Shown here: positions 9,577-17,841 of the stretch, one piece after another
Position numbering within the stretch: position 1 is the first letter of the stretch
How the letters are laid out: each line of letters begins with the position of its first letter
Virus record (IMG/VR): IMGVR_UViG_3300011335_000266
Span: 1-38,812 of that record
From: a virus
Lineage: Duplodnaviria > Caudoviricetes
Length of the DNA stretch: 38,812 bases
Strand: one strand, 5' to 3'
Notes under the pieces: model-generated
Seen by the model: the letters and a program-made list of their open reading frames with translations, nothing else
What the model was told of the DNA's origin: nothing
Database searches by the model: none
Position numbers and translations under genes: made by a program

Positions 9577-10032
9577 TTAACAGGCTTTGCCGCCCATGTT
9601 CATTTTTACCATTTTGCCTTTGGTTTTACCCTTAGTGGCAATACCGTTAGCAGAGGCGCGGAACGTGCCGCCGCCAGCTAACTTAGTCATAGGCTGACCT
9701 TTGTGCAAACGGCCTTCGTGTTTGTTTACAGCCTTTTGCATCATGGACTTGTCTTGTTTCAAGTCCATCTTCATATCTTCTTTCATGTCGCTTTTAGCCA
9801 TAGTATCACCACCTTCTTTCATGATTGACATCTTGCCATGAAGTGTCTTGGGTTTGTTAACTTTTTGAAGATCAGCACGGGATGTATCTGAGCCCTTACC
9901 AAACTTCATACCTTTACTTGCTCCACTAAACTCTTTTGCAACTGAAACCGGGATGCCAGCCTGTTTTGCAAACGCTGGATTATGGGCCGCTGCATCCATG
10001 AACTGTTTTTGTTTTGCGCTAACTGATGGCAC
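9577..10032 (-). CDS. Basic Lys/Met-rich protein, possible internal virion protein
   Basis: 151 aa, MPSVSAKQKQFMDAAAHNP start, ANGIATKGKTKGKMV near the end. Confidence 0.65.
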   Translation of the reverse strand: MPSVSAKQKQFMDAAAHNPAFAKQAGIPVSVAKEFSGASKGMKFGKGSDTSRADLQKVNKPKTLHGKMSIMKEGGDTMAKSDMKEDMKMDLKQDKSMMQKAVNKHEGRLHKGQPMTKLAGGGTFRASANGIATKGKTKGKMVKMNMGGKAC

Positions 10033-10267
10033 TTCGATGCTCCTTCATGAAGTCGTCAATTTTGCTCTCAAGCCTATCTAGACGAGTCAGCACGCGGTTA
10101 ATGTCGGCGTGCATGTCGTTCTTGGTCACAAACTTTTCGGCATTCTCTTCACGAGTTTTGCTCAGAAGAATACTCAAGCGCTTCACTTCATCGTGAGACA
10201 CCTTTACCCAGAACAGCAGCAGGGCTGATGCAAAGGACAAGATGACATTCCAAACCATGTGTTCCAT
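10019..10267 (-). CDS. Small membrane-anchored coiled-coil protein
   Basis: N-terminal hydrophobic helix, then LTRLDRLESKID heptads. Confidence 0.65.
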   Translation of the reverse strand: MEHMVWNVILSFASALLLFWVKVSHDEVKRLSILLSKTREENAEKFVTKNDMHADINRVLTRLDRLESKIDDFMKEHRSAIS

Positions 10268-10268
10268 A

Positions 10269-10514
10269 TCAACACTTCCAAGCTCTAAGTGATTTGTTTA
10301 TGCGTGAGTCTGGGTCTTTGGCGGTTTTGGGGGATGTCAATTTCTTTTTCATCCCTTCCATCCTCGCACAAAAAGAGTCGCGCCGGGAGCCGCCTTCTGG
10401 CTGGGGAGGTTTCAAATTCATGCCTTGCTTTTTCGCGGAGGCTCGCCCCTTGGCATTCAAGCCACCCTTGGGATTCTTGCCTTCTTTCCTCTGCCATGCT
10501 GGACTCTTAGCCAT
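10269..10514 (-). CDS. Conserved basic phage protein (DUF6321-like)
   Basis: AWQRKEGKNPKGGLN..SFCARM..SLRAWKC; start reassigned to ATG at 10514. Confidence 0.65.
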   Translation of the reverse strand: MAKSPAWQRKEGKNPKGGLNAKGRASAKKQGMNLKPPQPEGGSRRDSFCARMEGMKKKLTSPKTAKDPDSRINKSLRAWKC

Positions 10515-10776
10515 AGAACGCCACCGCTGCGCATGTTGCGCCAACAGAAACTACAAGACTTGTTGAACAAACAACACCTTCGCCGGGAATCCAAATACTA
10601 GACATCCCAGCAGCGCCAATTGTGAATGTAAACAACGTAGTTGAACCGTCTTTAATGACAATTGTAGTAGCGCCTGTTGCGCTATACCAAAGACCTTTAA
10701 AACGGGTACGCCCTGTATACGCAGTTGTGTCAGTACTTACTGGACACGTTACGCCTTTAACGTCTGTCTGCATCAT
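10507..10776 (-). CDS. Small beta-rich virion protein
   Basis: 89 aa, AAGGAG RBS. Confidence 0.65.
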   Translation of the reverse strand: MMQTDVKGVTCPVSTDTTAYTGRTRFKGLWYSATGATTIVIKDGSTTLFTFTIGAAGMSSIWIPGEGVVCSTSLVVSVGATCAAVAFYG

Positions 10777-10789
10777 AATTAATCTCCTT

Positions 10790-10809
10790 AAAAATGGGGC
10801 CGAAGCCCC
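10790..10809 (-). terminator. Intrinsic terminator (weak U tract)
   Basis: Minus strand GGGGC-TTCG-GCCCC-ATTTTT just after the stop at 10819. Confidence 0.6.
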
Positions 10810-10818
10810 CTAGACTAA

Positions 10819-11304
10819 TTAGACTTGGCTGGGGTTAGCAGCGCCATCAGAGCCTTTAACGACGTATACGCATGTAATCGTAGCAGCGCCGCCGCTAGCC
10901 GTACCAGCGCAAGCGTAGATTGCTTGAACAACCAAGTCAGTTGCGCCAACATTTAGATATGTACCGATCTGTGCGCCTGTAACAGCTACAGTTGCTCGGC
11001 CAACAGCCAAAGGTGTAGTCGATGCGCTACCAACGGTAGCCAAAGAGGAACCAGCGGCAGTTTGAATGGTGATGGTGTTACCAGTAGTACCAGCGTAAGC
11101 AGTGGTAATGTCTACAAGAAATTCCAAAATTTGTGCGCCAGCAGGCAAAACAAACTCTGTAGTAGCAGTTGTGTCGTTTACAGTGGTCACGCCAGTCTGT
11201 GTAACAACAGTAGCGCCCATGTTACGGATTGTGCCAGCAGTGGTGCCAGTAGTGTTTTTAACAGTGCCGAGCAGCCAAGGGCCAAGGTGAGTTGCAAATC
11301 CCAT
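10819..11304 (-). CDS. Putative capsid decoration / minor head protein
   Basis: Start reassigned to ATG at 11304 (MGFATHLGPW) behind AAGGA; Thr/Ala/Gly-rich; follows the capsid gene. Confidence 0.65.
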   Translation of the reverse strand: MGFATHLGPWLLGTVKNTTGTTAGTIRNMGATVVTQTGVTTVNDTTATTEFVLPAGAQILEFLVDITTAYAGTTGNTITIQTAAGSSLATVGSASTTPLAVGRATVAVTGAQIGTYLNVGATDLVVQAIYACAGTASGGAATITCVYVVKGSDGAANPSQV

Positions 11305-11312
11305 GATATGTG

Positions 11313-11386
11313 TCCTTACATACAAGTTAAGTGCATCAATCTGTATGTCGTCAGCCGGGACTGTTTGATGCACCGGAAAGCCCGGA
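11313..11386 (-). ncRNA. Putative pseudoknotted cis-regulatory leader RNA
   Basis: Three perfect interleaved pairings: CCGGG/CCCGG, GTGCATCAA/TTGATGCAC, ACATACA/TGTATGT; last strand abuts the AAGGA SD. Confidence 0.6.
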
Positions 11387-11394
11387 TTAAAGTC

Positions 11395-11423
11395 AATATA
11401 CACCAAAAGAAAAGGGGGCACAA
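11395..11423 (-). promoter_or_regulatory. Possible sigma70-type promoter overlapping the capsid terminator
   Basis: Minus strand TTGTGC-17 nt-TATATT. Confidence 0.4.
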
Positions 11424-11432
11424 GGCCCCCTT
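11405..11432 (-). terminator. Intrinsic terminator after the major capsid gene
   Basis: Minus strand AAGGGGGC-CTTGT-GCCCCCTT then TTCTTTT. Confidence 0.8.
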
Positions 11433-11452
11433 CACATATTTCCAAAGAAATA

Positions 11453-12364
11453 TTAGGCTGAACCGGGTGAGCCAAATGTGCCCAATGGATCAGACCAACC
11501 GAAGCTATAACGCTCGCGGGCTTTGTAACGAACGTTACCTGTGTCGAAGTCACCGTCCATCTTGTTCTCCAAAGGAGAGCGGATGAAATGCTTCAGACCG
11601 TTAGGCACATCAGTAGTCAAATACCAGCCGTTTGTGTCGGTCAGGTAGTGGTTAATGGTGTAGCCTTCAGGGATTGAACCGTTGTTCTTCAACGCATTGA
11701 TATCGTTGTCAGTTGTACCAACACGGAGGCTGGTTTCCAACAAACGAGTAGCAACGAATTGCAGAGCTGGGGGAACAATCAACTTCTTAGGCTTAGCAGC
11801 GATCAAAAGACCACGCTCGTCTGTCCAAGCAGCGATTTGAATAACGGCGGCTTCCAAAGAAGTCTCGTTCAAATCAGCGGCTGTAGAAGGACGGTTGCTG
11901 TTATAGCCACCAGAAACCAAGGGGTGTTGAGTGCTGTATAAAGCAACACCGTCACCACCGGGATAGGCTGCGCTGAAACCGTTGTTGATAACGGCGGCAG
12001 CTTTAACCTGCTTGGTGTAAGCCATAGCACGAGCCAATGCTTTGGTGTAACGAGCAGACAGTGAGTCATACAAGTTATCTTCCACAGCTTCTTCAGTGAT
12101 GGAGAAGCCAAGAGCGATGGTTTCGTGGTTGTAGCGAGTTGTCCATGCTTCCTGTGCATTGTCATAAGCGATGGCAGAGCCCTCGTTCTTAACAGGTGCA
12201 GCAGAGAAACCAGACAGCTTGGTCTCTTCTTCGAAGGAACGCTCAGAGGTCTCTGTTTCGTAGATCTCTTTGTGCTCTTCGCCGTAGCGAGCATATTCCA
12301 TACCGAACAAAGCGTTCAGACCGGGGAGCAACTCTTTAAGTAGTTGTGCGCGTGAAATTGCCAT
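11453..12364 (-). CDS. Major capsid protein (HK97 fold, Mu gpT-like family)
   Basis: 303 aa; PKKLIVPPAL and ERYSFGWSDP motifs; downstream of scaffold and followed by a terminator. Confidence 0.9.
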   Translation of the reverse strand: MAISRAQLLKELLPGLNALFGMEYARYGEEHKEIYETETSERSFEEETKLSGFSAAPVKNEGSAIAYDNAQEAWTTRYNHETIALGFSITEEAVEDNLYDSLSARYTKALARAMAYTKQVKAAAVINNGFSAAYPGGDGVALYSTQHPLVSGGYNSNRPSTAADLNETSLEAAVIQIAAWTDERGLLIAAKPKKLIVPPALQFVATRLLETSLRVGTTDNDINALKNNGSIPEGYTINHYLTDTNGWYLTTDVPNGLKHFIRSPLENKMDGDFDTGNVRYKARERYSFGWSDPLGTFGSPGSA

Positions 12365-12377
12365 GGTAAGTTACTCC

Positions 12378-13235
12378 TTAAGCAGCGTAATAGTTGTGAA
12401 CGCCGAAGTTCAACTTAACCAGAACTTCTGGAGATTGAACTAAAGCGATCGTTGCACCAGCAGTAGGTGTGGTAGTAACAGCAGCACTGATAGTCAGTGT
12501 AGTGTTACCGGTTGTGGTCACAGTAGTCGCGGCGGACAAGCTTGCGCCAACACCCAATTGCTGCAATTGACCATTAACCAATTGGAACACGTCAGTACCT
12601 TTAGGAATGACTTGACCAACAGTAAGGCCAGACACAACGAACGATGTCGTAGTAGTGCTTACAAAGACTGCAGAAGTGCTGATCTGTGTATCAGGAACCA
12701 AGTTCAAGATACGGAAAGCACCACCAGAACCAACTGCCAAAGTTGTGTTAGCAGCAACGATACCAGCACCAGAGTTGCCAGTAGAAGCGCTACCAACAGG
12801 TGTGTTCAGCGCAGCATTCAAGCCAACCATTGCTGATGGCATTGAAGAGATGGTTGTAGTGGAAGCAGCAGCTACCACGGCCATCTTAAACACTTGGTCA
12901 GGATCATCAGCAACGATTGCAGTAATGTCGCCAGCAAGAACGTTGCCGGGATAGTACTGAGCGTACTGACGTTGCTTTGTAGTTGGGTTCGTGTAATAGC
13001 AACCCAAGAAAACACCAACGGTATTTTTAGTTGTCAAACTAGTGCTTACGTTGGTAACAGTAATGTAGCCAGCGTCAGAACCAGTTGTGCCCAACGTAAC
13101 CAAGTCACCATAATAAATGGGCGTGGCATAGTTGTAAGAAATAGGTAGATTTCGGGTTGAGCCGGAAAATACCTGTCCACCGATCAGATTGACCGGCTTG
13201 ACGCCGTAAGGGGCGTCGATGATGGGATAAGCCAT
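12378..13235 (-). CDS. Capsid-associated / decoration protein
   Basis: 285 aa, APYGVKPV..IYYGDLV..GVFLGC..DDPDQVF; immediately upstream of capsid gene. Confidence 0.6.
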   Translation of the reverse strand: MAYPIIDAPYGVKPVNLIGGQVFSGSTRNLPISYNYATPIYYGDLVTLGTTGSDAGYITVTNVSTSLTTKNTVGVFLGCYYTNPTTKQRQYAQYYPGNVLAGDITAIVADDPDQVFKMAVVAAASTTTISSMPSAMVGLNAALNTPVGSASTGNSGAGIVAANTTLAVGSGGAFRILNLVPDTQISTSAVFVSTTTTSFVVSGLTVGQVIPKGTDVFQLVNGQLQQLGVGASLSAATTVTTTGNTTLTISAAVTTTPTAGATIALVQSPEVLVKLNFGVHNYYAA

Positions 13236-13251
13236 AAAGGACTCCTAAATT

Positions 13252-13725
13252 TTAAGTACCAGAACCGAAAGTGACCTTGGTTCTCTTCTCTGAGAAAAGA
13301 GGCATCCTAGGATCATTTTCACGAAGGAAATTATTGTCTACTGAATCCACCTGAGACTTGTTTAGGTTCTCGTAGTACTTGGCTCGTTGAGCCATGAACT
13401 CGGTTGGAATACGGCAGAGCAATAAACCGCCCACTTCAATGTTGCCTTTAAAGCGACCTTCAGTGGAAGCGTGCATCATGAGCTCGGGATATTCTTCACC
13501 TTTGCAGGGTTCGTATCCTTCGCGTAACTTAGAAGAAATGTTACTTGGATCAGCAGTGCCCATAGTACTGATACGTACATACCTATGAGTCCAACCGGGA
13601 CGGTCGTCAGGCATAGGCAGTGTCTCAGGCGGACGCCACGCTTCAGGGCGTTGCATTACCTGACGAGTATCTGCTTCACGTGCAGTGCGATTTTGTGTCT
13701 TTCCAGACGATAAAACTTGATCCAT
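13252..13725 (-). CDS. Hypothetical head-module protein
   Basis: 157 aa, LREGYEP and GGLLLCRIP motifs; between scaffold and capsid genes. Confidence 0.7.
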   Translation of the reverse strand: MDQVLSSGKTQNRTAREADTRQVMQRPEAWRPPETLPMPDDRPGWTHRYVRISTMGTADPSNISSKLREGYEPCKGEEYPELMMHASTEGRFKGNIEVGGLLLCRIPTEFMAQRAKYYENLNKSQVDSVDNNFLRENDPRMPLFSEKRTKVTFGSGT

Positions 13726-13727
13726 AA

Positions 13728-14732
13728 TTAACCTCTTTTAAGTTGAGCAACCTGTTTAGCGTATTCTTCCAAAGGAACCCCAAGACGGCGAGCGATCGCT
13801 GCTTCGGATGCCTTCAGCCTAATACGATTAGGCGGAGTGCTACGTGAGGCCGGAGCCACAACAGTAGCGGGTTTTGTTGCACGGCGCGGAGGTTCTTCCT
13901 CGTAAGCCGGTTCTGATGCCTTTTTCGAAGGAGCATCATCTTCATAGCTCTGAGCACCGTCATAGTACTCAGGAAATCGTCGGCGCATTGTAGCGTCTAC
14001 TCGTTTGTAGTAGTCATCAGAACCCACAAAGTTAGCACCATGTTCCTTAGCCAGCTTTTGATGCAACCCGAGGGCGGATGCTGTCATTTCAGGATCGGTG
14101 CCAAACCAAGTGTTTTTCTGCATCCAACTTTGATCTCGTTGTGACACATTAGGTTGATTTGTACTACGTTGTGGTATTTGTACATCATTTTCTTCGACTT
14201 GTAAAGGCCTCATGTTCTGAACTTTGTCTAAATTCAGTGTTGCCCGTGAAACTTCTGCCTGTGCATCTACCACAGCATCAGAATCTCCGGACTCATAAGC
14301 TTCCTTGTACTTTTTCTTAGCGTTTTCAAATTCCATCTCTGCAGATGACTTTGATTGCTCAATGTACGCTTTTGACCCAAGCGACACTTGCTCTTGTAGC
14401 TTGCGGTTTTGATCCCACAATTGCTTGGCCAACTTCTCAGCCGCCTCGCGTTCACGCAGTGCTTCTTCCTTTGCACGACGCTCATCATGGTACCCACGTG
14501 TAAATTTCTTTAAACGCGACTGAACTTTTTCATCGTATTCGGATAGTTCGTCTTCAGTAGGATCTTCGGGTGGTGTTTCATCGGGCTTGCGGCCACGATC
14601 CCTACGAGGAGTATCGTCCTCGATTTCTACTTCAAATCCGCCATCATCCTCTTCTGCTTCGGGTTTACCCTTAGCTTCCTCATCTACTTCATGGGGAAAC
14701 TTGAAGTCATCTTTAAACTCAGTTTGTGCCAT
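13728..14732 (-). CDS. Prohead scaffolding protein
   Basis: Acidic N-terminus, long coiled coil, C-terminal IARRLGVPLEEYAK helix pair. Confidence 0.75.
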   Translation of the reverse strand: MAQTEFKDDFKFPHEVDEEAKGKPEAEEDDGGFEVEIEDDTPRRDRGRKPDETPPEDPTEDELSEYDEKVQSRLKKFTRGYHDERRAKEEALREREAAEKLAKQLWDQNRKLQEQVSLGSKAYIEQSKSSAEMEFENAKKKYKEAYESGDSDAVVDAQAEVSRATLNLDKVQNMRPLQVEENDVQIPQRSTNQPNVSQRDQSWMQKNTWFGTDPEMTASALGLHQKLAKEHGANFVGSDDYYKRVDATMRRRFPEYYDGAQSYEDDAPSKKASEPAYEEEPPRRATKPATVVAPASRSTPPNRIRLKASEAAIARRLGVPLEEYAKQVAQLKRG

Positions 14733-14742
14733 TGATTACTCC

Positions 14743-15153
14743 TTATGCTGCACGTGTAATTCCACGGGGATCTTCCACAACTGCTTCAACCGAATCATCA
14801 TTGAGGATGCGGAATTCACGGCCATGAATCTTCAGACGGGTGCCTGAATTTGGTCGGACGATGATGAAATCACCTTCCTTGCAACTCGGGCCGCTAGGGA
14901 ACCGAGTGGTATCTTTATAGCAGTCAGGCCCAAGCTTGACGACAAATAGAACGGGAGTGAGTACTTCCTCATAATGCATTACTTGGCTTGATTTAATCAG
15001 GCCAACTTCACTATCAGCAAACTCTTCCATGGCTTCCGGCACTACACAAAGTAGGTGAAAAGTCTTTGGGTCAGGCAACTGCTTAGCTTTGTCTTCGGCG
15101 GTTTTATTAAGAATGCCAGACAGGTCTACGGCAGCGACGTCAAATTCAGTCAT
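14743..15153 (-). CDS. GroES/Cpn10-like co-chaperonin
   Basis: LPDPKTFHLL..VVKLGPDCY..KEGDFI..RILNDDSVEAVV; start reassigned to ATG at 15153. Confidence 0.8.
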   Translation of the reverse strand: MTEFDVAAVDLSGILNKTAEDKAKQLPDPKTFHLLCVVPEAMEEFADSEVGLIKSSQVMHYEEVLTPVLFVVKLGPDCYKDTTRFPSGPSCKEGDFIIVRPNSGTRLKIHGREFRILNDDSVEAVVEDPRGITRAA

Positions 15154-15343
15154 CAGATTTCTCCATTTTTTGCACGAGGTCATTAATAATGTTTTCTGCT
15201 AGGTTAAGACCCCGGATTACCCCACAGATACTTCGATACTCTTCTATGTCAGCGGCTCTGCCGTTGGCAAGATGAAAAGCTTGCTCTTCCTTTAACTTCT
15301 CAACCTCTTTGGCGACATGCGCCAATAGCTTGTAGTCGTTCAA
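15146..15343 (-). CDS. Small hypothetical protein downstream of portal
   Basis: 65 aa, EYRSICGVIRGL motif, AGGAG RBS. Confidence 0.75.
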   Translation of the reverse strand: MNDYKLLAHVAKEVEKLKEEQAFHLANGRAADIEEYRSICGVIRGLNLAENIINDLVQKMEKSDD

Positions 15344-17832
15344 TCTCTCTCCTTCTTAGGTTTTTGAGATGCTCTTTGGGCCATTTGCACGGCCATCTGA
15401 GCGCGGTGCTTAGCGATATCAACGCCAAGTTTGGATCCTTCAATGAGCTGTTGCTTTTGAAGTTTGTCTTTTGCAGCGGCTGCGCTTGCGCCAACTTGCA
15501 TAGCCGCGATTTCTTTCTGAGCCGCAATACGGGCTTCCTCAAGTTCAATTTGGTCAGCTCTAGCCGCCGCATCAACCTGTAGCTTCTGTTGTTTAAGCTG
15601 CAACTCTTGCATCTTGATTTGCAACTCTTGCTGTTGCATTTGGATGAGAGGGTCTTGCATTTGCTGCTGTATTTGCTGCTGCGCGGCTTGCGATTGGGCT
15701 TGTTGGGCCATACGCGTGGACGCTTGTGCAGCAAGTTGTGCAACTTGTGCAGCCACCTCTGGAGCCATGTTCTTTTCTTGCTCTTCTGTTGGTAACAACA
15801 AGCCAACTGTCTGCTCAACTTCTTTGCGATATGCGTACGCCAAGTGCTCGTTGATGTGAGCCATCATTGCCGCCACAAGTGCTTGGCCTTGTGGAGTCTG
15901 CCCAACTAAGCCCATGATCTTGGGGTTTTGAAGCATGCTTGTGTGCACTGCAATATGAGCTTGATGATCCTGCTCAATAAACGCTTTAACAGGCTTGCCC
16001 GTCAGCACGTTCTGGTTCTCTTGCACTGGGTCTGTAGCTTTAGCATCATCCTCAATCGGAATCAACTTAGCTGCGTTCTTAATGCCCAACACTTCAATCA
16101 TCTGGCGGTGCAAGAGTGGTAAGTTGTACAGTTGCGGTGCTGTCTGTGCTAACTGAAGTGCGGCCTGATATTGAACAATCTTCTGCGCCATCGTTGCAGC
16201 GTTCGGATCACTCACAGGAATTACAGCAACCATGTCGTAGTCAGACTTCTTAGCACGACGTGAGCCATCGACTGGCTCGTAGTCATACTCTTCTGGCGTG
16301 TAGTCAGCAATGATAGCTTTGAGCAGACGGAACTCTTGACGCATCGAGTAGTGCATACGTGCTTGCACTGCGCCCATCACCTTTAGTGTGCGCTCAAGAA
16401 TAGCCAGTGTTGTACCCACGGGTGCTTGCGCACTCATGTCGCTGACGTTCATGTCTCCTGCGGATGCAAACTGTCTACCCTCTTGCACAATGTTCTGGAA
16501 CAAGGCAAAGAGAACCTGACTGGGCTCCTTGTAAGGCAACGGCAAGATGTTGTCTCTGATGGATCCGCTTGGTACGTCGACATCACGAAACTCTCCCGGT
16601 GCGATAGGGGTGTCGTCTCCTTTGACGCGCAGGCCCCGTGACTTGAGTCCTCCGGGCAAGTTAGATAGCGTACCTGCATCAACGAGCTGCCTGATGAGCA
16701 TGGTCGCGCTCTTCGCATATCCGCCGATAAGGTGAATAAGACCATATCCATAAAAGCCAAACCCCGGAATGTATTGGTAATGTACAAAGTGCTGGCGCTT
16801 AATGTGCAGCTCATCATCCTCGTACCAATTGCGGCGAATGGCAAGAATCTTAGTTGTCGCTTTCTCAACAGTCACAACATACGGCAGTGCGATACCCGTC
16901 TTCTCGCCATCTTTGTCTTTATGCTCGTATCCTTCTAAGTCAAGGTCAACGTGCATCTCAAGTATGCGGAACCTATCGTCCTGCACAGCAGTCATGCCTG
17001 TTTCTTCAGCTTTCTGACGCTCAATATCATCAAGCTCAGCGGACGGCTCGCCTAAATCTACGTCGCTGTAGAACCCAGCTTCTTGCAACTTGATGATCTC
17101 ATTCTCAGTCTTACGCATCACGTGCGTGACCCGCTCGGCACGCTCTAAGTTAGATGCGCCGTATGGCACAACAATATCTTCTGCGGGGATGAACATCGCA
17201 ACTTGACGTCCAATGCTTGGGTCATAGTAGACCTTCTTAAACGCCGATCCAGATAAGGGCAAATTCCACAACAACTTCTCATGCTCTGGACGATACTCAA
17301 CCATCACCTCAGTGAGCTGGTAGTTCATGTCTTCTCGCACGCGAGCAGATGCTTCTTCTTTAATAGGAGTGTCCTTACCAAGAATCTGCGTCTTCACGGG
17401 GCCAGCGGCGGGGAATGTCTCCATAATTCCCTCTGACTGAAAGCGCACAACGGACTCAGTCAACATGGGGTGGAACACACCGCAAGCGCCGTTCCATGGC
17501 TCTGTTCTTTCCTCGTACTTCAAGCCCAACAACTTCAAACCTTCAACGTAGGTTCTGATCCAATCTTTGCGGTCGTTGATGTCTTTATCAAAGTCAGCAA
17601 CCAACTCACCACCCAAAGAGTCAAGCGCACTGTCGCTCATGAAGTCAGCAAGGTTGGCATCAAAGTCGTCTTCTGTTTCTTCATCAGGGGTGAGTTCAAT
17701 CTCAATATCACCCATGCCAATACGCACGCCTTCAGGGTCTTCGATCTCAATCTCCAGCGGAGCCATGCCCATCTCTTCTTCAAGACCGAGGGGGGCTGCG
17801 TACAAACCTTTGTCCATTGAACTCGTTGCCAT
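15340..17832 (-). CDS. Portal protein
   Basis: 830 aa directly after TerL; GSAFKKVYYD and GFYGYGLIH motifs; Gln-rich C-terminal coiled coil as in P22-like portals. Confidence 0.9.
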   Translation of the reverse strand: MATSSMDKGLYAAPLGLEEEMGMAPLEIEIEDPEGVRIGMGDIEIELTPDEETEDDFDANLADFMSDSALDSLGGELVADFDKDINDRKDWIRTYVEGLKLLGLKYEERTEPWNGACGVFHPMLTESVVRFQSEGIMETFPAAGPVKTQILGKDTPIKEEASARVREDMNYQLTEVMVEYRPEHEKLLWNLPLSGSAFKKVYYDPSIGRQVAMFIPAEDIVVPYGASNLERAERVTHVMRKTENEIIKLQEAGFYSDVDLGEPSAELDDIERQKAEETGMTAVQDDRFRILEMHVDLDLEGYEHKDKDGEKTGIALPYVVTVEKATTKILAIRRNWYEDDELHIKRQHFVHYQYIPGFGFYGYGLIHLIGGYAKSATMLIRQLVDAGTLSNLPGGLKSRGLRVKGDDTPIAPGEFRDVDVPSGSIRDNILPLPYKEPSQVLFALFQNIVQEGRQFASAGDMNVSDMSAQAPVGTTLAILERTLKVMGAVQARMHYSMRQEFRLLKAIIADYTPEEYDYEPVDGSRRAKKSDYDMVAVIPVSDPNAATMAQKIVQYQAALQLAQTAPQLYNLPLLHRQMIEVLGIKNAAKLIPIEDDAKATDPVQENQNVLTGKPVKAFIEQDHQAHIAVHTSMLQNPKIMGLVGQTPQGQALVAAMMAHINEHLAYAYRKEVEQTVGLLLPTEEQEKNMAPEVAAQVAQLAAQASTRMAQQAQSQAAQQQIQQQMQDPLIQMQQQELQIKMQELQLKQQKLQVDAAARADQIELEEARIAAQKEIAAMQVGASAAAAKDKLQKQQLIEGSKLGVDIAKHRAQMAVQMAQRASQKPKKERD

Positions 17833-17841
17833 AATTTATCC

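Noticed and set aside
11340-11360. CTGACGA as a hammerhead ribozyme core
   Set aside because: No downstream GAAA and the stem order does not fit a hammerhead
11305-11553. Open frame linking the capsid gene end to the next gene (possible +1 frameshift extension)
   Set aside because: A strong terminator and a dedicated SD plus ATG at 11304 intervene, no slippery site was recognised, and a stop-free stretch this short can arise by chance
15300-15818. 172-aa alternative-frame ORF overlapping the portal gene
   Set aside because: By-product of Gln/Ala-rich portal codons; no RBS
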